A stretch of 64,000 nt of DNA from Rhizobiaceae bacterium (GTDB lineage: Bacteria; Pseudomonadota; Alphaproteobacteria; Rhizobiales; Rhizobiaceae): NCBI GenBank assembly GCA_965227645.1, contig OZ245773.1:5041242-5105241 (forward strand), in the 5' to 3' direction. Position 1 is the stretch's first letter; the number at the start of each line of letters is the position of its first letter. This document shows positions 36,286 to 47,175 of this stretch, one piece after another. Position numbers and translations under genes: made by a program. Under the pieces are notes generated by a model. That model saw only the letters and a list, made by a program, of their open reading frames with translations. It had not been told where the DNA came from and made no database searches.

Positions 36286-38244
36286 ATGATCCGTCTGCTC
36301 TTCTACGTACTCGTCGTCCTGCTTCTCGGGCTGGGCTTTGCATGGCTTGCCGATCGACCTGGCGATCTGGTCATCACGTGGCAGGACCGCCAGATCGAAA
36401 TGTCGCTGATGGCGGCGGCGACGGCGGTCGCGGTTCTCATCGGCGCAATCCTGCTCATCTGGTGGCTTATCCACGCCATTCTCGTGTCGCCCCAGACGGT
36501 CAGCCGCTATTTTCGGGCCCGCAAGCGGGACAGGGGATATCAGGCGCTGTCGACCGGGCTGATCGCGGCCGGCGCGGGCGACGGGATCACCGCGCGCAAA
36601 ATGACGAAACGAACCCAGGGCCTGCTCAGCGCAGACCAGGAGCCGCTGATCCATCTCCTCGACGCCCAGACCGCCCTGATCGAGGGCAGAAGCGAGGATG
36701 CGCGCGCCAAGTTCGAGGCGATGGCCGAGGATCCTGAAACAAGGGAGCTGGGCCTGCGCGGTCTTTATATAGAAGCCCGCAAGGCAGGCGCCGACGAGGC
36801 TGCCCGGCACTATGCGGAAAAAGCCGCTGAATCAGCGCCGCAACTGCCCTGGGCGGCGGAAGCGACGCTTGCCTACCGTTCGGCCGAAGGCAATTGGGAC
36901 GATGCAATCAGGTTGCTCGAGAAGCAGCGGCTCGGCCGGGTTATCGACAAGGCGCAGGCCGACCGCAAGAAGGCGGTGCTGTTGACGGCGCGCGCCTTTG
37001 ACAGGCTTGAAGGCGGAGATGTCTCAGGCGCCCGCACCGACGGGTTGGAGGCCAACCGGCTTGCGCCCGAACTGGTTCCGGCGGCGATCGTCGCCGCCCG
37101 GGCGCTGTTCCGGGAAGACAGCCTGCGCAAGGGATCTTCGATCCTGGAGAAATTGTGGAAGAAATCGCCGCATCCGGAGATCGCCGAAACCTATGTGCGG
37201 GCCCGTCCGGGCGATTCCACCCATGACAGGCTCAAGCGGGCGCAGAAGCTTGAGAGCATCAAGCGCAACAACGCCGAATCGCTCTACGCGGTGGCGAAGG
37301 CCGCGCTCGACGCCCGTGAACTGAACCTGGCCCGCGACATGGCGGAGGCGGCGATCCGGGTCAAGGCCCGCGAAAGCATCTATCTGCTGCTCGCCGATAT
37401 CGAGGAAGCCGACACGGGCGATCAGGGTCGCGTCCGCCACTGGCTGGCGCAAGCGGTGCGCGCGCCGCGAGACGAGGCCTGGACGGCCGACGGTTACGTC
37501 GCCGAAGAATGGGCGGCGGTTTCGCCGGTGACCGGCAGGTTGGACGCTTTCGAGTGGAAAGTGCCGGTCGAGCAGCTTGCCGGCCCGATCGAACACGCCG
37601 AAGCAATCCGCGGCGAAGCGGAACGGGCGATCGAAAGCCTGCCGCCTGTCGCCGTCGTCGAGCCGAAGGAAACCGTGGTCGTCGCCGATTCCAATCCGGT
37701 CATCGAGCATGTTGAAGCCGAAACGCCCATCAGGGAGGAGACGGTTGCGCCGGAGCCGGTCGTCGTCGAGCCCGAGAAAGCGGCGGTCGTCGAACCGGAA
37801 AAGGGACCGGACGCGCCGACGGAGTCCGAGCCAGTCAAGGCTGCGCCGGAGCCGGCAACTCCGGAGCCCGTAGCTGAAAAGCAGAAGGAGCCGGAGCCGC
37901 CTGCGGCGGAAAAACCCGCGTCCGAGGCGGATGTCGAGGTGAAAACCAAAACTGCCCCCACGCCCCCGCCAGCGCCGGAGCCCGAACCGGTCAAACCGGA
38001 AAAAGCCGCTGGCGAAGCGAAGGCCGAAGCGAAACCAACCAAGCGCGAGCAGAAGGCGCTCGACGGCGAAGCTGCAGTGATGGAGGCGGTCGACGGCGGC
38101 AGCACGCATATCGTCACGGACGCCGTCGGAAAGCGAACCGACAGAGAACGGGAATCGGCGTTCCTGTCCAAACCCCCGGATGATCCAGGGGTTGACGAGA
38201 CACAGGAAGACGAGGAGCCGAAATCACGGTTTCGCTTGTTTTGA
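36286..38244 (+). CDS. HemY N-terminal domain/TPR protein with a Pro/Glu/Ala/Lys-rich C-terminal extension
   Basis: MIRLLFYVLVVLLLGLGFAWLADRPG...VSPQTVSRYFRARKRDRGY is the typical HemY_N start. The C-terminal roughly 200 aa are low-complexity PEPxxxEP repeats. Confidence 0.8.
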   Translation: MIRLLFYVLVVLLLGLGFAWLADRPGDLVITWQDRQIEMSLMAAATAVAVLIGAILLIWWLIHAILVSPQTVSRYFRARKRDRGYQALSTGLIAAGAGDGITARKMTKRTQGLLSADQEPLIHLLDAQTALIEGRSEDARAKFEAMAEDPETRELGLRGLYIEARKAGADEAARHYAEKAAESAPQLPWAAEATLAYRSAEGNWDDAIRLLEKQRLGRVIDKAQADRKKAVLLTARAFDRLEGGDVSGARTDGLEANRLAPELVPAAIVAARALFREDSLRKGSSILEKLWKKSPHPEIAETYVRARPGDSTHDRLKRAQKLESIKRNNAESLYAVAKAALDARELNLARDMAEAAIRVKARESIYLLLADIEEADTGDQGRVRHWLAQAVRAPRDEAWTADGYVAEEWAAVSPVTGRLDAFEWKVPVEQLAGPIEHAEAIRGEAERAIESLPPVAVVEPKETVVVADSNPVIEHVEAETPIREETVAPEPVVVEPEKAAVVEPEKGPDAPTESEPVKAAPEPATPEPVAEKQKEPEPPAAEKPASEADVEVKTKTAPTPPPAPEPEPVKPEKAAGEAKAEAKPTKREQKALDGEAAVMEAVDGGSTHIVTDAVGKRTDRERESAFLSKPPDDPGVDETQEDEEPKSRFRLF

Positions 38245-38357
38245 CTTCACTTTTTGCAATAGTCTGACCCAGGCTGGCGACGTTACCGGAAAATATTTCG
38301 GGACGGGTCCGTTGGCGGGCGCAAACAGGGTTCAATATACCGGTCCAAGGCAGGGTG

Positions 38358-38828
38358 ATGTTCGTCAAATTGGGAAAATTTCTGCAGGGTCTGTCTGGTG
38401 ATGAAGAAAAGCCGGAATTCACCCGCGACGACCCTCGCGTGGCTGCGACGGCGCTCTTCTTCCATGTTATCGACGCCGACGGCGTTGTCGAGGCTAGTGA
38501 ACGCGACAAGATCGCGCAATTGGTGCAGAAGTCCTATTCGCTGGACGAACGACAACTGGCGGAACTTCTCGATGTGGGGGAGCAGGCCGAAGACGAATCG
38601 ATCGATTTCTATGCTTTCACGAGCGTGCTGAAACGTTCGCTTGACGCCGAACAGCGGGTTCAATTCATCGAGCTTCTCTGGGAACTGGTCTATGCGGACG
38701 GCGTCAAACACGAACTGGAGGAAAGCGTGGTCGGGCGCGTCGCGGAACTGTTGGGCGTATCCGACAGGGACCGCGTGATCATGCGGCAGCAGGCCGAAAA
38801 GAAGACCGATACGGAAGATGATGGCTGA
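38358..38828 (+). CDS. TerB-family (tellurite resistance-like) protein
   Basis: AATALFFHVIDADGVVEASERDKI...FIELLWELVYADGVKHELEESVV shows two TerB-like repeats. Confidence 0.75.
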   Translation: MFVKLGKFLQGLSGDEEKPEFTRDDPRVAATALFFHVIDADGVVEASERDKIAQLVQKSYSLDERQLAELLDVGEQAEDESIDFYAFTSVLKRSLDAEQRVQFIELLWELVYADGVKHELEESVVGRVAELLGVSDRDRVIMRQQAEKKTDTEDDG

Positions 38829-39546
38829 CGCGCAGGACGTCCGCCAGGACCTTCAGCCCATCCTTGTCATACTACACCAGGCTCGCTCCAGCCCGGGTCG
38901 GGTGGGGCAGTTGCTGCACAAGGCCGGATTTCCACTGGAAATAAGGCGGCCTGCTCTCGGCGACGCCCTTCCTGATACGCTGGACGGCTACACAGGCGCC
39001 GTGACCTTTGGCGGGCCGATGAGCGCCAATGACGAAGACGAGTTCATTCGCCGCGAGATCGACTGGCACGCCGTGCCGCTGAAAGAAGACAAGCCCTATC
39101 TCGGCATTTGTCTTGGCGCCCAGATGCTTGTGCGCCACCTCGGCGGGAAGGTCGCCAGCCACGAGGACGGTCTGACGGAGATCGGCTGGTATCCGCTGGA
39201 AGCCACTGAAGCCGGCAAGGACCTGATGGACTGGCCGCAGATGGTCTATCAGTTTCATCGCGAGGGATTCAGCCTGCCGCACGGCGCGGAGCTGCTGGCG
39301 ACGGCGCGTGATTATCCGAACCAGGCGCTCCGCTACGGCCGCAACGCCTGGGGCGTCCAGTTCCATTCGGAACTCACCCAAGCGATGATGCATCGCTGGG
39401 TGGTGCGCGCCGAAAACCGCTTCGTGCTGCCGAACGCCCAGCAAGGGCGCGACCACCTCAATGGCCGGCTTCTCTACGACAGGCATCTGCGGCAATGGCT
39501 GGGGCATTTCCTGGAAATTGTTTTCGGGACGAAAATCCCGGCCTGA
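38818..39546 (+). CDS. Class I glutamine amidotransferase-like protein
   Basis: YLGICLGAQML (nucleophile elbow) and VQFHSE (His-Glu). Confidence 0.8.
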   Translation: MMADAQDVRQDLQPILVILHQARSSPGRVGQLLHKAGFPLEIRRPALGDALPDTLDGYTGAVTFGGPMSANDEDEFIRREIDWHAVPLKEDKPYLGICLGAQMLVRHLGGKVASHEDGLTEIGWYPLEATEAGKDLMDWPQMVYQFHREGFSLPHGAELLATARDYPNQALRYGRNAWGVQFHSELTQAMMHRWVVRAENRFVLPNAQQGRDHLNGRLLYDRHLRQWLGHFLEIVFGTKIPA

Positions 39547-39586
39547 CCGGACGACCCGTTTCATCTCACTCGTCCTCTTGGAACAT

Positions 39587-39604
39587 AGCCGGAACTTTCC
39601 GGCT
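39587..39604 (+). terminator. Hairpin downstream of the amidotransferase gene
   Basis: AGCCGGA-actt-TCCGGCT is a perfect 7-bp stem, but only a short T run follows. Confidence 0.35.
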
Positions 39605-39681
39605 GCATTTCGGCGCGTTATGTGGTATAAATCCCAATTCGAAGGGGAAGGATTTCCGCATCCCGGATACCGCGAAAAGCG

Positions 39682-39815
39682 AATTCCCGAAACAAAGCCA
39701 GATCGTCACGAAAACCCGAATTTACCAATTCCCGAAACAAAGCCAAATTTGTCCTGTGCCGCGTTTCCAGTGTCTGAAAAACTGAAAATCGCAAATTCCC
39801 GAAACGAAGCCAGAT
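39682..39815. repeat. Three dispersed direct copies of a 22-bp motif
   Basis: AATTCCCGAAACAAAGCCAGAT (39682-39703), AATTCCCGAAACAAAGCCAAAT (39727-39748), AATTCCCGAAACGAAGCCAGAT (39794-39815). Confidence 0.8.
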
Positions 39816-39890
39816 TGCGATAGAGGCTTTCACCGGGCAGGCGCAGGCAATCGTTTGAACCCATTAAATGTATGATTTTATTATATTTAT

Positions 39891-41132
39891 TTAGTGATCA
39901 ACGCGATTGAGGTGCTGGATCCTGCGCAGTTGCGGGAACCAGGCGGCCCAGAGCGCGGATACGCCCATCGAGGCGACGCCGCCGATCACCACGGCGGGAA
40001 CGGCGCCGATCAGGGCGGCCATGCCGCCGGCGCGGAACTCGCCGAGCTCGTTGGAGGCGCCGAGGAAGACCATATTGACGGCGCTGACCCGGCCGCGCAG
40101 CTCGTCCGGCGTCCAGAGCTGGATCAGGGTCTGGCGCACATAGACCGATATCATGTCCGCCGCGCCCATGAACGCCAGGGAGCCGATGGAAAGCCAGGCG
40201 ACGGTCGACAGGCCGAAGACCACCATCGACAGCCCGAACAGGGCGACGGCGACAAACATGGCGAGGCCGGCATGGCGGTTGATCGGATACGTCGCGAGGA
40301 ACACCGCCATGGCGATCGCCCCGACGCCCGGCGCCGAGCGCAGAAGTCCCAGACCCCAGGGTCCGAGTTCGAGAATGTCGCGCGCGAAGACCGGCATCAG
40401 CGCCACCGCCCCGCCGAGCAGGACCGCGAACATGTCGAGGGAAATCGCCCCGAGAACGACCCGTTCCCGCCAGATATAGCGGAAGCCGGCCGAGAGCGTT
40501 TCCCAGTCCTGCATCCGGGTCGAACGCGCCTGTGGCGGTTTCGGGATGACGAGAATGAACACCGTCGCCAGCGCGAACAGGATCGTGGCCACTAGGTAGG
40601 GCACAGTGGCGCCCAGACCGTAGAGCAAGCCGCCGGCCATGGGACCGGCGATCGTCGCGGTCTGCCAGGAGGTCGAGTTCCAGGCGATGGCGTTGGCGAG
40701 ATCCTCCTTCGGCACCAGATTGGGGGCAAGCGACGTCGATGCCGGGGAAAAGAAGGCGCGAGTGACGCCAAGCGCCACGAGAATGGCGAAGACGGGCAGC
40801 GGCGACGTCAAACCGCCAAGCGTCAGCAAAAACATCAAGGCGCCAAGGACGAGGCCGGCGATCTCGCATATGGCCATGATCATGCGACGGCTGTAGCGGT
40901 CCGCCGCCGCTCCCGTCGCCAGAAGCAGCGCCAGCGCCGGAACGAACTGGGTCAGGCCGATCAGCCCCAGATCGAGCGGGTTGCGCGTCAAATCGTAGAT
41001 CTGCCAGCCGACGGCGACGGCGATCACCTGCATGGACAGGGCCGAAAGCAGCCGCGCCAGCCAGTAATATGTGTATGATTTGTGCCTGAAGGCGGCGAAG
41101 CGATCCGCCCGCGCCTCTTTATCGTGCGGCAT
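39891..41132 (-). CDS. MFS transporter (EntS/MFS_3-like)
   Basis: Twelve predicted TM helices and the ADRYSRRMIM loop motif. Confidence 0.85.
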   Translation of the reverse strand: MPHDKEARADRFAAFRHKSYTYYWLARLLSALSMQVIAVAVGWQIYDLTRNPLDLGLIGLTQFVPALALLLATGAAADRYSRRMIMAICEIAGLVLGALMFLLTLGGLTSPLPVFAILVALGVTRAFFSPASTSLAPNLVPKEDLANAIAWNSTSWQTATIAGPMAGGLLYGLGATVPYLVATILFALATVFILVIPKPPQARSTRMQDWETLSAGFRYIWRERVVLGAISLDMFAVLLGGAVALMPVFARDILELGPWGLGLLRSAPGVGAIAMAVFLATYPINRHAGLAMFVAVALFGLSMVVFGLSTVAWLSIGSLAFMGAADMISVYVRQTLIQLWTPDELRGRVSAVNMVFLGASNELGEFRAGGMAALIGAVPAVVIGGVASMGVSALWAAWFPQLRRIQHLNRVDH

Positions 41133-41272
41133 GGGCGCTCGCGAGAGTTTGAAACATGAAAATCTTATAGCGCCCCGGATCGATTTGCACAGCGTCTTTT
41201 GTTGCCGCGCCGGACTTGCCGCTCATGGCGTCAATGGTTACATGTCGGTCTGCACCAAGAAGGGAGACTGCG

Positions 41273-41566
41273 ATGTATGCACTGTTCCAGACAATAGATC
41301 TGGCTCTGAATATCTACATCTGGTTCGTGATCGGCAGCGCGATATTCTCCTGGCTTTACGCCTTCAACGTGGTGAATACGAACAACCGCTTCGTGGTCAT
41401 GATCGGGGAGTTTCTGTACAAGGTGACGGAGCCGGCGTTGCGACCGATCAGGCGCATCCTGCCGGATCTCGGCGGCATCGATATTTCCCCGATCGTCCTG
41501 CTGCTCCTCATCTATTTCATTCGCCTCTTCCTGTGGAATTCCATTTATCCGATCGTCGCCGGTTGA
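41273..41566 (+). CDS. YggT family membrane protein
   Basis: ATG 41273 follows [29 protein letters not shown] is the YggT signature. Confidence 0.85.
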   Translation: MYALFQTIDLALNIYIWFVIGSAIFSWLYAFNVVNTNNRFVVMIGEFLYKVTEPALRPIRRILPDLGGIDISPIVLLLLIYFIRLFLWNSIYPIVAG

Positions 41567-41570
41567 CAGA

Positions 41571-41885
41571 GTGGGGTCCGGCTGGTTCCGGTTCGTTCCG
41601 GATGGGCTTGAGATCACCGTCCGGCTGACGCCGAAATCCTCCCGTGACGCTTTCGATGGGGCTGATAATAGCGCAGACGGCGCTGTCTGGCTGAAGGCCC
41701 GCGTCCGGGCGGTTCCCGAAGACGGAAAGGCCAACAAGGCGCTGATCGCGCTCATGTCAAAGAAAAGCGGCGTCGCCAAAAGCCGCATACGCCTCCAGTC
41801 GGGCGCGACATCGCGGCTCAAGACGCTGGTTCTGGAATGCAGCGTAGGCGAAGCGCGGGAGGCGATAAAACGCCTCCTCGCCTGA
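41571..41885 (+). CDS. DUF167 (YggU-like) protein
   Basis: VRLTPKSSRD...VRAVPEDGKANKALIALMSK. GTG start. Directly follows the yggT-like gene. Confidence 0.8.
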   Translation: MGSGWFRFVPDGLEITVRLTPKSSRDAFDGADNSADGAVWLKARVRAVPEDGKANKALIALMSKKSGVAKSRIRLQSGATSRLKTLVLECSVGEAREAIKRLLA

Positions 41886-41900
41886 AGACGGAATAGCCGG

Positions 41901-42428
41901 TCAGGCCTGGGCGCGGTCGATCGCTTCCTTGATCAGGCTCTTGGCGATGTCCGCGTCCTGCCAGTCGCCGATCTTGACCCACTTGCCGGGCTCCAGATCC
42001 TTGTAGTGCTCGAAGAAGTGCGCGATCTGCAGCAGGGTGATTTCCGGAAGATCTGAGAAATGCTTGACGTTCTCGTATCGTTTCGTCAGGTGGTCGCTCG
42101 GCACCGCGAGGATCTTCTCGTCCTGACCGGCGTTGTCTTCCATGATCAGCACGCCGATCGGGCGCACATTGATGACGCAGCCCGGCACCAGCGGCCGGGT
42201 GTTGCAGACGAGAACATCGATCGGATCGCCGTCGTCGGACAGCGTGTGCGGCACGAAACCGTAATTTCCGGGATAGGCCATGGGCGTATAGAGAAACCGG
42301 TCAACGACAAGCGTGCCCGCTTCCTTGTCCATTTCGTACTTGATGGGCTGCCCGCCAACGGGAACCTCGATGATGACGTTGACGTCATCCGGTGGATTGC
42401 TGCCGATCGTGATGGCTTCGATACGCAT
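41901..42428 (-). CDS. ppa: Inorganic pyrophosphatase
   Basis: [19 protein letters not shown]...[33 protein letters not shown]. Confidence 0.93.
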   Translation of the reverse strand: MRIEAITIGSNPPDDVNVIIEVPVGGQPIKYEMDKEAGTLVVDRFLYTPMAYPGNYGFVPHTLSDDGDPIDVLVCNTRPLVPGCVINVRPIGVLIMEDNAGQDEKILAVPSDHLTKRYENVKHFSDLPEITLLQIAHFFEHYKDLEPGKWVKIGDWQDADIAKSLIKEAIDRAQA

Positions 42429-42517
42429 GTCTATTCCTGTGTTTCCTGTTGCGGGAGCGAAATAGACCGCCACGCGCTGCAGCGCAACAATTCATTTGGA
42501 AAACGCGCTTTATCGGG

Positions 42518-43024
42518 TCAGGACCAGACGAACGCCACCTTCTTCAAGGGACGACGGTCAAAGGTCTCCGACCCTTCCGCGATATCCACGCCGCCAAGCC
42601 CGGTGTAAAAACCGATCGCCCGGCTGTTTTCTTCAAGCGTCCAGACAACCATGCCCCGGCAGCCAAGCGACGCCAGCAGACGCCGGGCTTCGCCAAACAG
42701 CCTGCGGCCGAGGCCGACTCCCTGATATTCCGGCTTGAGATACAGTTCGTAGATTTCGCCTTCCTGAGGCAGCGAGCGGGCGCGATTCAGGCCAAGCGTC
42801 GCATACCCGGCGATCATGCCGCCGACTTCAAGCACGAGGATGCTGGTCGAGCCTCGTATGGCGCGTTGCCACCACTCCTGGCTGCGCCGTTCCAGCATGT
42901 TTCTCAGCGTCTTGTATGGAATGATGCCGGCATAGGCCTCGTTCCAGGCCGCACGATGGGTTTCCGAGATCGCCAAGGCGTCATCGGGCTCTGCGCGTCG
43001 TACATCTATCGCCAGCGTCGCCAT
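42518..43024 (-). CDS. GNAT family N-acetyltransferase
   Basis: LYLKPEYQGVGLGRRLFGEA is the acetyl-CoA binding motif. Confidence 0.85.
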   Translation of the reverse strand: MATLAIDVRRAEPDDALAISETHRAAWNEAYAGIIPYKTLRNMLERRSQEWWQRAIRGSTSILVLEVGGMIAGYATLGLNRARSLPQEGEIYELYLKPEYQGVGLGRRLFGEARRLLASLGCRGMVVWTLEENSRAIGFYTGLGGVDIAEGSETFDRRPLKKVAFVWS

Positions 43025-43200
43025 GGTGGAATCCTACCCCGTCCGGAACAGAACGCGAAGCAAGAATGAAATCCGGAGGCGGTCTACCCACAACTATCGC
43101 GGCGCCTTCCGTGCCTGCAGATTAACGGATTCTTAACCGTTCACGCAAGCGCCATTGTGGCGATGCAGGACAATTCCAGACCGGGCGGACAGAGCGGGCT

Positions 43201-45021
43201 TCAGGCTGAAGCTTTGGTCTTCTCGAAACGCTTGCGTTCATGTGGATCGAGGTAAAGCTTCCTGAGCCGGATCGACTTTGGCGTGACCTCGACCAGTTCG
43301 TCGTCCTGGATCCATGACAGGGCGCGCTCAAGCGTCATGCGGATCGGCGGCGTCAGCCGAACGGCCTCGTCCTTGCCGGCGGCGCGCATGTTGGTCAGCT
43401 TCTTGCCCTTGAGCACGTTGACCTCGAGATCGTTTTCGCGCGTGTGGATGCCGATGATCATGCCGGCGTAAACCTTCTCGCCGGCGTCGATGACCATGGG
43501 CCCGCGATCCTCGAGATTGAACAGCGCATAGGCGACCGCTTCGCCGGCTTCGTTGGACAGAAGCACGCCGTTGACGCGGCCGGCGATCTCGCCCTTGAAG
43601 GGCTGATAGTCGTGGAACAGGCGGTTCATGATTGCGGTGCCGCGCGTGTCGGTCATCAATTCCGACTGATAACCGATCAGGCCGCGCGTCGGCGCATGAA
43701 ACACCATACGCACGCGGTCGCCGCCGGACGGGCGCAATTCGACCATTTCGGCCTTGCGCTCCGACATCTTCTGCACGACGACGCCGGAATGCTCCTCGTC
43801 GACGTCGATAACGACTTCCTCGACCGGTTCGAGCATCGTTCCGCTCTCGTCCTTCTTCAGCACCACGCGGGGCCGCGAGACGGCGAGTTCGAAGCCTTCG
43901 CGGCGCATCGTCTCGATGAGAACGGCGAGCTGCAGTTCGCCGCGGCCGGAGACCTGGAAGGAATCCTTGTCTTCCGATTCCTCGATCTTCAGCGCGACGT
44001 TGCCCTCGGCCTCCTTCAGCAGCCGGTCGCGGATGACGCGGCTCGTCACCTTGTCGCCCTCGGTGCCGGCAAGCGGCGAGTCATTGACGATGAAGGACAT
44101 GGTGACCGTCGGCGGGTCGATCGGCTGGGCTTCCATCGGCTCGGTCACTTCCGGCGCGCAGAAGGTGTCGGCGACGGTGCCTTTGGTCAGACCCGCGATA
44201 GCGACGATATCGCCCGCCTGGCCTTCTTCGACCGGTTGTCGTTCGAGACCGCGAAAGGCGAGGATCTTGGAGACGCGTCCCTGTTCGAGCGTCTTGCCGT
44301 AGCGGTCCATTACCTTGATCGGCTGATTCGGCTTCACGCTTCCTGAAAAAATGCGACCGGTGATGATGCGTCCGAGAAACGGATTTGCTTCGAGGATCGT
44401 GCCGATCATCCGGAACGGACCTTCCGCCACGCTCGGCGCCGGCACGTGCTCGACGACGAGATCAAAGAGAGGCGCGAGGCTTGCGTCCGCCGGTTTGTCC
44501 GGTTCGGCCGCCAACCAGCCGTCGCGGCCGGAACCATAGAGGATCGGGAAATCGAGCTGCTCGTCGGTCGCATCAAGGGCCGCAAAAAGGTCGAAGACCT
44601 CGTTCACCACCTCGTCGGCGCGGGCGTCCGGCCGGTCGATCTTGTTGACGGCGACAATCGGCCTCAGACCGACCTTGAGCGCCTTGCCGACGACGAATTT
44701 GGTCTGGGGCATTGGACCTTCGGCCGCGTCGACGAGCACGATCGCGCCGTCCACCATGCTGAGTATCCGCTCCACCTCGCCGCCGAAATCGGCGTGTCCG
44801 GGCGTGTCGACAATGTTGATGCGGACATCGTTCCAGACGACCGAAGTCGCCTTGGCGAGGATCGTGATGCCGCGTTCCTTCTCGATTTCGTTGGAATCCA
44901 TGACGCGTTCGGCCACGCGCTGATTGTCGCGGAAAGCCCCCGACTGTTTGAGGAGTTCATCGACAAGCGTCGTCTTCCCATGGTCGACATGGGCGATGAT
45001 CGCAATATTGCGGAGGTTCAT
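43201..45021 (-). CDS. typA: Translational GTPase TypA/BipA
   Basis: [47 protein letters not shown]. Confidence 0.95.
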   Translation of the reverse strand: MNLRNIAIIAHVDHGKTTLVDELLKQSGAFRDNQRVAERVMDSNEIEKERGITILAKATSVVWNDVRINIVDTPGHADFGGEVERILSMVDGAIVLVDAAEGPMPQTKFVVGKALKVGLRPIVAVNKIDRPDARADEVVNEVFDLFAALDATDEQLDFPILYGSGRDGWLAAEPDKPADASLAPLFDLVVEHVPAPSVAEGPFRMIGTILEANPFLGRIITGRIFSGSVKPNQPIKVMDRYGKTLEQGRVSKILAFRGLERQPVEEGQAGDIVAIAGLTKGTVADTFCAPEVTEPMEAQPIDPPTVTMSFIVNDSPLAGTEGDKVTSRVIRDRLLKEAEGNVALKIEESEDKDSFQVSGRGELQLAVLIETMRREGFELAVSRPRVVLKKDESGTMLEPVEEVVIDVDEEHSGVVVQKMSERKAEMVELRPSGGDRVRMVFHAPTRGLIGYQSELMTDTRGTAIMNRLFHDYQPFKGEIAGRVNGVLLSNEAGEAVAYALFNLEDRGPMVIDAGEKVYAGMIIGIHTRENDLEVNVLKGKKLTNMRAAGKDEAVRLTPPIRMTLERALSWIQDDELVEVTPKSIRLRKLYLDPHERKRFEKTKASA

Positions 45022-45141
45022 GGATACGTCTCGAATTTCGTGCGCCCGCTGGCGCCACAACCAATTTGCTGCGGCTCTTACAGGGTTTTCTTCCCGGTTG
45101 GAAGCCCGTTGTGCGATGCGGCATGAATCGGCCGCGTTTCC

Positions 45142-47175
45142 TCAGCCGGCGCGGCCCTTCTTTCGCAGCATCGCTTCCGCATCAGGCATCTTGCCTCGAA
45201 ACGCGAGATAGGCGTCCTGGGGATCGATGCTTCCACCCTTCGACAGGATGTTGTCGCGCAGCTTTGCCGCTGTCGCAGCGTCGAAGACGTCGCCGGTCTC
45301 CTCAAAGGCGCTGAACGCGTCGGCGTCAAGAACTTCCGACCACATGTAGGAATAGTAGCCCGCCGAATAGCCGCCGGAGAATACATGCAGGAAATGCGGC
45401 GTGCGGTGACGCATGACGATCGCGTCCGGCAGGCCGATCTCGGCCAATTTTTCGATCTCGAACGCGGCCGGATCCTCTGATGGATCCCCGGTGTGAAACG
45501 CCATGTCAACGATGGCCGAAGAGGTGTATTCCAGCGCGGCGAAGCCGGCGTTGAAATCGCGCGCCTCCAGCATCTTGTCGAGCAGTTGCTGCGGCATCGG
45601 CTCGCCGGTCTCGACGTGCACAGCGTATTCGCCAAGAATCAAGGGCGTCGTCAGCCAGTGTTCGAAAAGCTGGGAAGGCAGTTCGACGAAGTCGCGCGAC
45701 ACCGACGTGCCGGAAACCGAGGGGTAGACGACGTCGGACAGCAGTCCGTGCAGGGCATGACCGAATTCGTGGAACAGCGTGCGCGCGTCGTCCAGCGAGA
45801 TCAGCGCAGGCCGGCCCTTCGGCGGCTTCGCGAAATTCATCACATTGTAGATGATCGGGATTTGCCCGCCATCGAGCTTGTGCTGGCTCTGGAAGGCGCT
45901 CATCCATGCGCCGGAACGCTTGCTGGAGCGTGCGAAATAGTCGGCGAGGAACAGACCGATCAGCGAACCCTCTGCGTCGTGAATTTCGAAGACACGCACA
46001 TCCGGGTGATAGGCCTCGATGTCCGCACGCTCCACCGCCTTTACTCCAAAAAGCCGGTGCGCGACGTCGAAACAGGCGGCGATGATTTTTTCCAGTTGGA
46101 GATAAGGCTTGAGCTCGGCTTCGGAAAAATTGAAGTTCCGGTCCCTGATCTTTTCCGAGTAGAATCGCCAGTCCCAGGGCGCGACAAGATGGTTCTTGCC
46201 CTCCTCGGCGATCATGCCGGCGATGGCGTCCTCTTCCTTGCGGGCCCGTAACAGGGCCTTGTCCCAGACCTTCATCAAAAGCCCGTTCACCGCGTCGGGC
46301 GTCTTGGCCATGGTGTCGTCGAGCTTGAGGGCCGCGAAGTTCTCGTAGCCAAGAAGCGCAGCTTTTTCCGCGCGCAACTCGAGAATCTTGCCGACGAGCG
46401 CAAAATTGTCCCGCTCGGCGTTGTTCTCGCCGCGCGAAATCCAGGCCGTAAAGGCCGATTCACGCAGGTCGCGCCGTTCCGAGAAAGTCAGGAATGGCTC
46501 GATGATCGAGCGCGACAGGGTCACCGCATATCCCGAATCGAGACCCTTTTCGGACGCGGCTTCCGCCATGGCGTCGCGCAGGAAGTCAGGTAGTCCCGCC
46601 AGATCATCTTCGCCGTCGAGAGCCAGATACCAGTCTTTTTCGTCGCGCAGAACATTCTGACCGAAGCGCGCGGACAACCCCGCCAGTTCCTCGTCGATCG
46701 CCGCCAGCCGTTTCTGGTTCTCGTCATCGAGATTGGCGCCGGACCGCACGAAGCCTTTCCAGTGCCGTTCCAGCACCCGCGTCTGTTCGGTGTCGAGACC
46801 GAGCGTCTCGCGCTTTTGCCAGAGATCGTCGATCCGCGAAAACAGTTTCCGGTTCATGGCGATCGCGGAATAGTGGCGGGACATGCGGGGCGCGATTTCG
46901 CGCTCCAGTTCCTGGATCACGTCGTTGGAGCCCGTTCCAGCCCGGTTCCAGAACAGCGCGGAGCAGTGCGAAAGATCCTTTCCGGCCAGTTCGAGCGCGG
47001 TCACCGTGTTGTCGAATGTCGGCGCATCCGGATTGTCGGCGATCGCCTCGATTTCCGACATGTGGGATTTCAGCGCGGCGTCGAAACCGTCGGCGAAGTC
47101 GCTGTCCCCGATTTTCGAGAACTCAGGGAGACCGTGCGGGCCATGCCAGTGGAAGAGGTGGTCGTTGACGCTCAT
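45142..47175 (-). CDS. dcp: M3-family peptidyl-dipeptidase
   Basis: LFHEFGHALHGLLS zinc motif (HEXXH). About 677 aa with M3 architecture. Confidence 0.88.
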   Translation of the reverse strand: MSVNDHLFHWHGPHGLPEFSKIGDSDFADGFDAALKSHMSEIEAIADNPDAPTFDNTVTALELAGKDLSHCSALFWNRAGTGSNDVIQELEREIAPRMSRHYSAIAMNRKLFSRIDDLWQKRETLGLDTEQTRVLERHWKGFVRSGANLDDENQKRLAAIDEELAGLSARFGQNVLRDEKDWYLALDGEDDLAGLPDFLRDAMAEAASEKGLDSGYAVTLSRSIIEPFLTFSERRDLRESAFTAWISRGENNAERDNFALVGKILELRAEKAALLGYENFAALKLDDTMAKTPDAVNGLLMKVWDKALLRARKEEDAIAGMIAEEGKNHLVAPWDWRFYSEKIRDRNFNFSEAELKPYLQLEKIIAACFDVAHRLFGVKAVERADIEAYHPDVRVFEIHDAEGSLIGLFLADYFARSSKRSGAWMSAFQSQHKLDGGQIPIIYNVMNFAKPPKGRPALISLDDARTLFHEFGHALHGLLSDVVYPSVSGTSVSRDFVELPSQLFEHWLTTPLILGEYAVHVETGEPMPQQLLDKMLEARDFNAGFAALEYTSSAIVDMAFHTGDPSEDPAAFEIEKLAEIGLPDAIVMRHRTPHFLHVFSGGYSAGYYSYMWSEVLDADAFSAFEETGDVFDAATAAKLRDNILSKGGSIDPQDAYLAFRGKMPDAEAMLRKKGRAG

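Noticed and set aside
39682-39815. Possible CRISPR array
   Set aside because: There are only three 22-bp repeats with unequal spacing (45 and 67 nt start to start). There are no cas genes, and the repeats are shorter than typical CRISPR repeats.
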